The notes below the pieces were generated by a model. It worked only from the letters and a program-made list of their open reading frames with translations, was not told the origin of the DNA and did no database searches. From an uncultured Planctomycetaceae bacterium (GTDB taxonomy: Bacteria > Planctomycetota > Planctomycetia > Isosphaerales > Isosphaeraceae), in NCBI GenBank assembly GCA_963833985.1, contig CAWIAD010000002.1:4704001-4768000 (forward strand): DNA of 64,000 bases. The letters are read 5' to 3'. Every line of letters starts with the position of its first letter. Position 1 is the first letter of the stretch. The position numbers and the translations under genes are program-made. Below are positions 1-8,962 of the stretch, one piece after another.

Positions 1-2
1 AG

Positions 3-1446
3 GCGAGCATCTTCCGGGTTCGCCCGGTGGCCGTGCAGATGGCCATCGAGCAGGCCGAGTTGATGCTCCAGCAGGCCACCGAGATCAACGGCCGCCTGAA
101 CGCTGACGGGCAGACCCTGATCACCGACGTCGAGGTGAAGCGGCGCGCCGCCGCCGGCATCCTCACCCGGCCGACCGATGAGCGCGACCTGCTGGCCAAG
201 GCCGATGCGTTCATCAAGTCCGCCCGGGACGCGCGCGACCGCGAGGACTTCGCACTGGCCTGGGCCGAGGCCCGCCGCGCCGGCCGGCCCCTGCGCACGC
301 TCATGTTCGCTCACTGGATCAAGGCCTGGGGAGTTCTGGCCAACGCGGCCGGCACGTCGTTCAAGGACCCGGTGGAACTGCCGGCCAGCACGCCGCCGGA
401 GCGCCGGCCCAGGCCAATTCCCGTGCTCATCAAGCCGGTCTGCTGTGCACCCGTGCTGTCGTTCAACACCCTGCCCGAGCTCTATTTCTGGATCGACTGG
501 ATCAGCGGCAAGACCGGCTACAAGTTCGGGGCCAACCGCATTCCCAGCGGCAGCTTCGACGACCCGCAAGAAATGAACGAGGCTGGATGGATGAATGTGG
601 GCTACGAGATCGACCGCATCAAGACGAGCATCAAGCCAGTGCCGCGAGAGGCAAAAGACACCTCCGGCGACCGCGCCCTCCGGCTCAGCGTGGAACCCAC
701 GAAGAAGGAAGAGCTCGACGCCAACCTGCCTTATTTTGACTTCCCGGTTGCCGCAATCCGCACCCCGCCCATCAAGGTGGAGGCCAAGAACCTGATCCGG
801 ATCTCGGTACAGGTGAAGCGGGCGATCGCCAGCGCCGGGGATGGGGGGGATCATCGTCCGGGATTCCCTGGGCGGCGAAGCACTCCAGTTCCGTACCTCG
901 GACCCGATTCCGACGTACTCACGAGTGGTCATCTACCGCAAGGCCCCCGCGGACGGCACGTTCACCGTCACGCTCGGGCTTGCCGGCTATGGCGAAGCCT
1001 TCTTCGACGATCTGCGCGTGGAGCTGGTCGAGGCCGATGAGGCGCCCCGGGATACGAATATCGCCCGGGCACCCGCAACCCGCGGCAATCGCCGGCCGAC
1101 AGCCGCTTCGCCTTCCCCCCCACTCCCCTCCACGGCCACGATTCCCGAGGGTCCCCGCGTGCGCCGGCGCGTAAACGAGCCGTACCATGCGCGCTCTTCC
1201 GGGGGTTTCCAACGCGGGGAGGGCGGTCGCCGCCGCCTGGCAGAGGGTCCGATCATCCCGACTATGCGGGCTCTGGCCGCGATCAGGCGGCATGCTTTCG
1301 TGGGCGGCGTGTTAAACTGGAGAATGCAGGAACGCTGGCTTGGCGGCCGCATCTCGGCCCGGGAGTGTCCGGGGCCGTACAGGCCACGTGAAAACCGACC
1401 TGCCCCGGGGAACTTTTCGTCCATCGCCAGCATCCAAAGTCTGTAG
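3..1446 (+). CDS. C-terminal part of a large hypothetical protein (5'-truncated by the window edge, apparent frameshift near 840)
   Basis: The frame is open from position 3 with GC-rich codon usage. The protein-like sequence (…RAIASAG) switches frame at the G-run near 836-849 into ORF 841..1446 (GGIIVRDSLGGEALQFR…GEAFFDDLRVELVE). The true stop may lie earlier, near 1174. Confidence 0.6.
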
Positions 1447-1735
1447 GACCGCAAGGACCGAGCAAGATCAAGGTCAGCAGCCGTTCAGCCTTGCATCATC
1501 GCATCTCGCCTCGAGGTTGTGTTTCTTCCTCAAAGAATGAATTCAGCGAAGTTGCGGGATGTTTCTCGCTTGCGGCCATCCGTTTGTTTCTGATTGAATT
1601 TGTTGGGTCTGCTCGGGTGCCATCGTTTGTTCAGCCCGCGTGTCACATGCGGGCGAACAGGGATGTGGCGGCGTGACGATTGCCATCGGGACCATGCGCA
1701 TCCTCTGATCGCTCGTTCGACAGGAGTTTAACGGT

Positions 1736-4240
1736 ATGCCGAAGATCCAGGCCACCTGGGCAGTCGATATCGGCCAGGCCGCGCTCAAGGCATTGAAGCT
1801 CGTACCGGGTCCCAATCCGGACGAGGTTGTGGCCGAGGCCTTCGACTTCATCGAGTATCCCAAGATCCTGAGCCAGCCGGACGCCGATCCCGAGGAGCTC
1901 GTCCGCGAGGCGCTGGCCACCTTCACCGACCGTAACGATGTCGAGGGGTGCAAGGTGGCGATCGCGGTCCCCGGCCAGGCGGGGCTCGTGAAGTTCATCA
2001 AGCTTCCTCCGGTCGAGAAGAAGCGGATCCCCGACATCGTCAAGTTCGAGGCCAAGCAGCAGATCCCCTTCGCGCTCGACGAGGTCGTCTGGTCGTACCA
2101 GCAGATCGGCGGCGACGACGAGGCGAGCGACGAAGAGTTCACCATGGCGGAGGTGGGCCTGTTCGCGATGAAACGCGACCAGATCACCCGCGCCATCCTC
2201 CCCTTGACCGTGGCGGGCATCGAGGTCGACATCGTCCAGATGAGCCCGATCGCCCTGTACAACTACATCTGCTTCGACCAGCTCAAGGCGAGCGGCTCGA
2301 AAGACTCGGTCGTGGTGCTGGACATCGGGGCGGACAACACCGACCTGATCATTACCGACGGCACCCGGATCTGGCAGCGCAACGTGCCCATTGGCGGCAA
2401 CCACTTCACCCGTGCCCTGACCAAGGAGCTCAAGCTCACCTTCGCCAAGGCCGAGCACCTGAAGCGCAACGCCACCAAGGCACCCGATCCACGGGCCATC
2501 TTCACGGCCATGCGGGGCGTCTTCAACGACTTCACCAGCGAGGTGAACCGCTCGATCGGCTTCTACATGAGCATCAACCGGACCGCGAAGATCCGTAAGG
2601 TGCTCGGTCTGGGCAACGGGTTCAAGCTGCCCGGCCTTCAGAAGTTTCTCCAGCAGAACCTCAACCAGGAGATCGAGAAGGTTGACAGCTTCGCCAAGCT
2701 GGCCGGCGACGAGGTGAAGGCCGCCCCGCAGTTCCAGGACAACATGGCGTCATTCGCGGTGGCTTACGGGCTGGGCTTGCAGGGTCTGGGCAAGAGCGGA
2801 CTGGCCACCAACCTGCTGCCGCCGGAGATCGAGCGGATCCGGCTGGTCCGGGCCAAGAAGCCCTGGGCGCTGGCGGCCTCGGCCCTGGTGATGCTGGGCC
2901 TGAGCTCGCTCTTCCTGCTGGGACCCTACCGGCTTCTGGCCAAGGTCTCCACGCCCCAGTTCAAGACGGCCGTGGAGCGGGCGACGTCGGTGACCAAGAA
3001 GGGCAACGAAATCAAGACGCAGCTCGACGCGGCCAAGGGCGAGTGGCAGAACAAGTACGATGAGGGCACGGCGCTGATCATCGACCCGACGAACAAGGCG
3101 CTCTGGCCCGCCTTCCTGAAGACCGTGAGCGGTTACTTCCCCGATCCGGTCACCGAGTACAAGCTCAACCCGGACGAACCGGCGAACCAGGAAGTCCTCG
3201 AGAAGCTGCGCGTGCACATCGACCTGATCAAGCCGGTCTGGCGGACGGACGTGGCCGCCGGCTGGTTCGACCTGCTCGACCCGAAGTTCAAGCGGCTCAT
3301 GCATCCCTTCGACGCGGACACGGCGAACGCGCCCTCCGGCGAGGGCTGGATCGTCCAGATTGCCTGCCATCATTACAACCCGTATCCCTCGCGGGAACAG
3401 ATGGCCTTGCCGCTTACGGACCCGCGCCGCACCGAGTACGGGCCCTACCAGTTCATCACCGCGAAGGTGCTGCACAGGCTGAACTCCCCGTCCCTGCGGC
3501 TCTATGGCGTGAGCCACGTGGCCCTCGCCTGGATGTCGATCGACCGCGAGTGGACGAGCGAGAAAGGGAGCAGCAACAACAACCTCGCGAGCAGCACGGT
3601 GCCCGTTCTGGACCGCGCCCCGCCGCCGGCTTCGGACGCTTCCGGGGGTGCCTCCGGGGCGAGTGCCAGCGCCATGGGCAACAGCCAGATGGCCGGCTAC
3701 GCCTCGCGGATGCAGGGCGGTGCGGGCATGGGGGCCGGTTACGCCTCATCCGTCGGTGGCATGAGCCAGATGGCGCGCGGCATGATGGGCCCCCGCGGTG
3801 CCGGCATGATGGGTGGCTCGATGGGCGGCTCGCGGGCGGCCGCCGAGGCCAAGAAGGACCTCAAGACGCTGACGCGAACCGATTTCCTCATCCAGTTCCT
3901 GTGGAAGCCCACACCGCCGGAGGACCTGCCCGAGGATCCCGAGCAGCGCAAGGCCAAGCTGGAGGAACAGGCCGCCAAGGTGAAGGACTGGTTTGAGAAG
4001 ATGGGTCAGGCCGAGAAGGCCAAGAACAACGCGGCCGTGACGATTCCCAGCGCCGAGGAAATCGAGAAGGCCTCCAAGCAAAAGACAACGGAACTCGACG
4101 CCGCCATCTCCAAGGCGCTCAGCGCGATCGCCGCCCCTGGCGACGCGGCCGCCGGAGTGGGCGGGGCTCCGGCCGCACCCGGATTGCCCGGCGCGGTTGC
4201 CCCACCGGCCGCACCCGCGGCGGGCGCGACACCGAAGTAA
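1736..4240 (+). CDS. pilM: Type IV pilus assembly protein PilM with a C-terminal TM and PilN-like extension
   Basis: Actin-like PilM motifs (WAVDIGQAALKALKL, VVLDIGADNTDL, IGGNHFTRAL, TNLLPPE) are followed by a TM helix and a periplasmic region. RBS CAGGAG lies upstream. Confidence 0.85.
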   Translation: MPKIQATWAVDIGQAALKALKLVPGPNPDEVVAEAFDFIEYPKILSQPDADPEELVREALATFTDRNDVEGCKVAIAVPGQAGLVKFIKLPPVEKKRIPDIVKFEAKQQIPFALDEVVWSYQQIGGDDEASDEEFTMAEVGLFAMKRDQITRAILPLTVAGIEVDIVQMSPIALYNYICFDQLKASGSKDSVVVLDIGADNTDLIITDGTRIWQRNVPIGGNHFTRALTKELKLTFAKAEHLKRNATKAPDPRAIFTAMRGVFNDFTSEVNRSIGFYMSINRTAKIRKVLGLGNGFKLPGLQKFLQQNLNQEIEKVDSFAKLAGDEVKAAPQFQDNMASFAVAYGLGLQGLGKSGLATNLLPPEIERIRLVRAKKPWALAASALVMLGLSSLFLLGPYRLLAKVSTPQFKTAVERATSVTKKGNEIKTQLDAAKGEWQNKYDEGTALIIDPTNKALWPAFLKTVSGYFPDPVTEYKLNPDEPANQEVLEKLRVHIDLIKPVWRTDVAAGWFDLLDPKFKRLMHPFDADTANAPSGEGWIVQIACHHYNPYPSREQMALPLTDPRRTEYGPYQFITAKVLHRLNSPSLRLYGVSHVALAWMSIDREWTSEKGSSNNNLASSTVPVLDRAPPPASDASGGASGASASAMGNSQMAGYASRMQGGAGMGAGYASSVGGMSQMARGMMGPRGAGMMGGSMGGSRAAAEAKKDLKTLTRTDFLIQFLWKPTPPEDLPEDPEQRKAKLEEQAAKVKDWFEKMGQAEKAKNNAAVTIPSAEEIEKASKQKTTELDAAISKALSAIAAPGDAAAGVGGAPAAPGLPGAVAPPAAPAAGATPK

Positions 4241-4418
4241 CCTGGCCGCTCAGCCAGCGCGCCGCGGCATGGGGACCGGCTCGCTCGGGCCCACCTGCCG
4301 CGGCGATCGGCTCGCCGCGGCTTGACCGGCTCGCTTGACTCTGCTCGCTCCCGGCGGACCTCGACACAGGAACTCTTGCCCAATCAGCGATCCACAGGAT
4401 CGAAGGTGGAAATCACCC

Positions 4419-6182
4419 ATGGATACGGCGCAGGTGATGGATCAGATCAAGGTCTTCATTCGCCTCTGCATCAAGTATCGCTTCTGGATCTCGCTCGGCG
4501 TCGCGGCCCTCTTCGCCATCATCGCCTACGCGGTGGGCGCAGGGCCGGTCCAGGCCAAGGCGGATCAGCAGACCGCCGCGATCACCAAGGCCGCCAACGA
4601 CGTGAAGCAGTTCTCCGCGCCGGGAGTTCCCAACGACCAGTACAAGCCGATCGTCGACGAGAAAACCGGGGTCATGGGCAAGGACGTCAACACAGCCTGG
4701 AAAACGCTCTACGACCGCCAGGCGCCCCTGCTGACCTGGCCCGGCCCCGTGCAAAAGCGGTTCCGCGAGTGGGGACGGAAGTGGCCCGAGAACGTTGCCG
4801 AGAACGCCGTGGAACTGGCCAAGGTGGACTACATCGAGGCCTATCCGAAGTACGTCGACGAGGTTTACCAGACCTGCCACCCTTTTGACTACGAGACCGG
4901 CACCGGCATCGTCGCGACACCGCCCAAGGAGGTGTTGCTCCGTCCTCTCGTATTCGAGCCCACCAAGCTGCCGGAGCTGGGGACGATCTGGGCCGGTCAG
5001 GAGCGGCTCTGGATCCAGCGCACCATGCTCGAAGTGGTCGCCGAGGTAAACAAGAAGGCCAAGGACTGGGATTCGGCGATCATCAAGCAGATCAACCTGC
5101 TGGAAGTCGGCAGCCCCGTCGCACAGGACCAGCGGTCCATCGCCAAGGGCGAGCAGCTCGCGGAGTCCGAGGCGATCAAGGCCCCCGGGGCCGAAGCTGC
5201 CGAGGAAGCGCAGGCCGCGGCGCCGGCCGCCGGAGGTATGGAAAGCATGCGCGGGCGGTTCGGGGGCGGCGGCGGACCCGGCGGCGCCGCGGCTGCCAGC
5301 GAGACGATCTATTTCGTCACGCCCGAGAAGGACAAGGGCCAGTACAAGATCCTCCCCGTCATGATGTCCGTGCTCATCGACCAGGATAACGTACAAGACC
5401 TCCTGGTCGCGCTCGAGAACTCGCCCATGTCCATCCAGGTCATGGACTTCGAGCTTTCCCGTCCGGCCGCGCGCGTGACCAAGCCGGAAAAGGGAACATC
5501 GGCCTCGGTCTCGGGCTACGCGGAGTCCATGATGGGCGGCATGATGAAGTACCGGATGGGTAACATGGGGATGGCGGGTTATGGCGGCAGCTACGGCTCG
5601 ATGATGTCCCAGATGGCCGGCCAGATGCGCGGACCGAGTGGCGCTGGCATGATGGGAGGCATGATGGGAGGTGCGGCTGCCGCTCCGGAAAAGAAGGGCG
5701 TCGACAAGCGGTCCACCAACCGCGGCGTGCAGCGCAAGGAAGAAACGAAGGCTGCCGAGTCCGCCAAGGGCCCATCGCTCTTCGATCCGTACTTCGACAT
5801 CGTGGAAGTCAAGATCTACGGCCAGGGCCGGTTCTACAACCCGCCGCCGGCAGACGCCGAGTACGAAAGCCTCGGCGACGCCGCGGCCAAGGAGGCCGGT
5901 GAACAGGGCGCGGCCAAGGACGAGTCGTCGGCCGCATCCGATGCGGCCAAGACCGCGCCGGCCGCGGCGAACCCGCCAGCGGCGGCCGAGCCCGCCAAGG
6001 ACGCGGCCAAGCCGGATGAGCCCGCCAAGGACGCCACGCAAACCAGTCCACCGGCCAAGGCGCCGGCGGAGGCCGGAGAGCCGAAGTCGCCGGCAGAAAA
6101 CAAGGAGCCGGCCAAGGCCGCCCCCGCGCCGCCCGAACCGGCCAAGCAGTCCCAGCCACAGCCGGCCGTTCCGAAGTCCTGA
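4419..6182 (+). CDS. Membrane-anchored hypothetical protein of the pilM cluster (occupies the PilO-like position)
   Basis: Long ORF with an N-terminal TM (FWISLGVAALFAIIAYAVG), an M/G-rich tract and an A/P/K/E-rich tail. It lies directly after pilM. The ATG at 4419 is chosen as the likely start. Confidence 0.7.
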   Translation: MDTAQVMDQIKVFIRLCIKYRFWISLGVAALFAIIAYAVGAGPVQAKADQQTAAITKAANDVKQFSAPGVPNDQYKPIVDEKTGVMGKDVNTAWKTLYDRQAPLLTWPGPVQKRFREWGRKWPENVAENAVELAKVDYIEAYPKYVDEVYQTCHPFDYETGTGIVATPPKEVLLRPLVFEPTKLPELGTIWAGQERLWIQRTMLEVVAEVNKKAKDWDSAIIKQINLLEVGSPVAQDQRSIAKGEQLAESEAIKAPGAEAAEEAQAAAPAAGGMESMRGRFGGGGGPGGAAAASETIYFVTPEKDKGQYKILPVMMSVLIDQDNVQDLLVALENSPMSIQVMDFELSRPAARVTKPEKGTSASVSGYAESMMGGMMKYRMGNMGMAGYGGSYGSMMSQMAGQMRGPSGAGMMGGMMGGAAAAPEKKGVDKRSTNRGVQRKEETKAAESAKGPSLFDPYFDIVEVKIYGQGRFYNPPPADAEYESLGDAAAKEAGEQGAAKDESSAASDAAKTAPAAANPPAAAEPAKDAAKPDEPAKDATQTSPPAKAPAEAGEPKSPAENKEPAKAAPAPPEPAKQSQPQPAVPKS

Positions 6183-6308
6183 GTTCGCCGCCCGGCCAGC
6201 GCCGCGGCGTCACCGGCCGGGCCGCATCGCACACGACAGCCGCGGCCAGAAACCCGCGCCGCCCCCGTTTCCGGACAGGTTGCAGAGTAAAGTACAGGAG
6301 ACGCCCGC

Positions 6309-8348
6309 ATGGCCCACCCCATGGTCGAGAAACTGAAAGATTTTGGCTTGCTCTACGGCGATAAGGTTGCCGTGGGGCTCACCTCGCTCCTCTTCGTGGT
6401 CTGTCTGGGAGCGGCGCTTTCCAAGAAGTCCATCGAGCTCACGCCGGACGAGGTCAAGAAGCGGGCCGAGGCCGCGGAGACCAATCTCAACCGGCGGCAG
6501 GACCGCGAGGAGATCGTCAAGGTCCTCGAGGATGGCGGCATCAAGCCCACCGATTTCTCGAAGGAGGTTCAGGATGCCGCCAAGACGGTGCTCGTCGCCG
6601 ATAACTACAAGCCCGAGCGCGAATGGGTGACTCCCGAGCCCGGTGCCGGCTTGATCCGCGACACTCCCGATCTGATCGCGCCGACGGATCTGTATGCCTA
6701 CCCCGGACGTGGCGGGGCGCTCGTCTTTGCTCTCGACGAGCAGGGCAACCGGATTCCCGATACGGAGAAGAAAGACACGCCCAAGGAAGAGCCGAAACCG
6801 CGCCGGCGGCGCCGGCGTGCGCAGGGCGGCATGGGCGGCATGGGCGGCATGATGGGCGGGCGAACCAAGAAGAAGGCCAGGCCCAAGAGTCAGGCCGAGA
6901 TCGACAAGGAACAGAAGGAAGAGCTCGAGGAAAAGAAGAAGGAACTCGCGGCCAAGCTGGTGAACACCGGCGATGAGGCGCCGGCCGCCAAGGAAGACGA
7001 GACCAAGAAGGATGCCGCGGCCGCGGGCGGCCAGAAGCAGGATTTCAAGGAAATCACCAAGGGACTACGCTGGGTCGCCATCACGGGCGTTCTCGATCAT
7101 GGCAAGATGGTCAGCAACTACCGAGCGGCCCTCAAGAACCCCGCGGCCGCCAACCCCCACTATGCACGGCTCGACCTGGAGCGGCAAACGCGCCAGAATG
7201 ACGGCTCATGGTCGAAGTGGGAAGCCGTCGACTCCGACGAGAACCTGAAGGTGCTCGACAACCTGCCCGAGGAAGACGATGAGCTGACCCCGGAGACGGT
7301 CCGACCGGATAACCTCAACGATCCTCTCCCATTCCTCAAGGCCGGACTCTGGGAGAAGGTTCACATCGCCAGCCTGGTGCCCGAGGAGAAGAAGAAGATC
7401 GAAGCACCTGCCGGCGGCATGGGCGGACCCGGTGGAATGGGCAGAGGAGGCATGATGAGCATGCCCGGCGGGGGCGGCATGGGAGGCGGCTACGGCGGGA
7501 TGGGGGGCGGCTACGGTCGAGCCATGGCCGGAGGCGGCATGGGCGAGCGCGGCATGGGCGGCATGGCTGGTGGTGCGGGCGGGCCTGCGGCAGGGGCGGA
7601 CGCCGGCAAGTTCTGGCGCTCCACCGAGAAACGCGTGATGATCCGGGCGCTCGATTTCACCGTCCGGCCCGATACCAGCTATCGCTATCGCCTGCGGATC
7701 GTGGTTTTCAACCCGAACCACAACCGTGACGACGTGGCTTATGGTGTGGACACCAAGTCCCCGGAGTTATTTGGTCCCTGGAGCGAGCCCACCGACGAGG
7801 TCGACATGCCCGCGGACGTCTCGGCCTATGCCATGGGAACACTTCCCTCGGCCAAGTCCGACGCCGTCGTGAACTTCCAGGTGGTGCGGTTCCATGATAC
7901 CGACGGCGTGACGATCCCCCGCAAGTTCGCCGCCAGCCCGGGCGAGGTGATCGGGGATGTCAGCAACGCGGATATCCCCACCTCCGAGGGTACGGGCAAG
8001 AAGCCCAAACCCGTGGATTTCAATACTCACCAGATTGTGCTCGACGCCTCAGGCGGAGCCCAGCCTCTGCCCGCCGGATTCCTGGGAGGCGCGCTCGATC
8101 GCCCGGCCCTGGCCCTGCTCTTGAGGCCCGACGGCAGCGTGCTGGCCCGGAGCGAGGCCGAGGACGTGAACAACGAGGTCCGCAGGGACATCGAGCGTAA
8201 TTACGCTCGCGAGATCAAGGATTCCAACAAGAAGCGCGAGAGCTCGGCGGGCTCCGGCTACGGCGGCATGATGGGCGGCGGCGGCTACGGCGGGATGGGG
8301 GGCGGCTATGGCGGCATGATGGGCGGAATGGGTGGCGGGAAACGCTGA
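6309..8348 (+). CDS. Membrane-anchored hypothetical protein of the pilM cluster
   Basis: N-terminal TM, RBS CAGGAG, a beta-rich YRYRLRIVVFNPN segment and three M/G/Y-rich tracts. Confidence 0.75.
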   Translation: MAHPMVEKLKDFGLLYGDKVAVGLTSLLFVVCLGAALSKKSIELTPDEVKKRAEAAETNLNRRQDREEIVKVLEDGGIKPTDFSKEVQDAAKTVLVADNYKPEREWVTPEPGAGLIRDTPDLIAPTDLYAYPGRGGALVFALDEQGNRIPDTEKKDTPKEEPKPRRRRRRAQGGMGGMGGMMGGRTKKKARPKSQAEIDKEQKEELEEKKKELAAKLVNTGDEAPAAKEDETKKDAAAAGGQKQDFKEITKGLRWVAITGVLDHGKMVSNYRAALKNPAAANPHYARLDLERQTRQNDGSWSKWEAVDSDENLKVLDNLPEEDDELTPETVRPDNLNDPLPFLKAGLWEKVHIASLVPEEKKKIEAPAGGMGGPGGMGRGGMMSMPGGGGMGGGYGGMGGGYGRAMAGGGMGERGMGGMAGGAGGPAAGADAGKFWRSTEKRVMIRALDFTVRPDTSYRYRLRIVVFNPNHNRDDVAYGVDTKSPELFGPWSEPTDEVDMPADVSAYAMGTLPSAKSDAVVNFQVVRFHDTDGVTIPRKFAASPGEVIGDVSNADIPTSEGTGKKPKPVDFNTHQIVLDASGGAQPLPAGFLGGALDRPALALLLRPDGSVLARSEAEDVNNEVRRDIERNYAREIKDSNKKRESSAGSGYGGMMGGGGYGGMGGGYGGMMGGMGGGKR

Positions 8349-8409
8349 GCGATCGGCTCGCACCCGAAGGGCCTGGCACTCCCGCTGCCAGGCCGCTTGA
8401 TCACGCTGC

Positions 8410-8436
8410 AAACCCCCACCTCGCGTGGGGGTTTTT
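8410..8436 (+). terminator. Intrinsic terminator after the three-gene pilM unit
   Basis: AAACCCCCAC-CTCGC-GTGGGGGTTT followed by TT: a perfect 10-bp stem with a U-tract. Confidence 0.8.
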
Positions 8437-8888
8437 CATGCGCCAATGCTTCTGGCCCGTCAGCCCCGCACCATGGAAAGAGCGCTGACCGGAACGAGCC
8501 AGGTGGTCTGCGACAGAACTGTTCCCCCGCTCTCCGCGAAAACGAGGAACGAACCTCTCATTCCGCCCAGCCGATCGTTTTTTCCAGGGGAATTGCCCGG
8601 AATGCGGCTGGCGGATGCACCGGGAAACCGATCCGGAAGCTTTTTAGATAAACATAAGTGGACAGGGTCGCGTCATGCCCTTGCGTGCACCGGATTTGAA
8701 AATATTGCTCACCTCGCCTTGACCTGAACTGAATCTAAGGGTACATCCCCCGGCACCTAACTTCTCCCCGTTCACGGCGCGCCTTTCTCGAGCCGGCCTC
8801 TCTGATTTGAGCTGCCCAGGGTTCGGCTGGGTGGAGCGGCCCTATGTGGGGATCGAGTGCTAGGGGCATCAGCACCGGGTAACGTGTC

Positions 8889-8957
8889 CCGCCGTAAGGC
8901 ATTACCAAGGCAACCACCAAGGATTTCGGTGGTTGTCCTTGCGGCGGCGAAAGGAGG
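8889..8957 (+). promoter_or_regulatory. Strong leader hairpin directly upstream of the secretin RBS
   Basis: CAACCACC pairs with GGTGGTTG around the loop AAGGATTTC. CCGCCGTAAGG (8889-8899) pairs with CCTTGCGGCGG (8937-8947). RBS AAGGAGG is at 8951-8957. Confidence 0.55.
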
Positions 8958-8962
8958 TCGCG

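Noticed and set aside
8440..8880. Riboswitch or ncRNA in the long intergenic region before the secretin
   Set aside because: I recognised no known riboswitch consensus (e.g. c-di-GMP). Only the proximal hairpin is supported.
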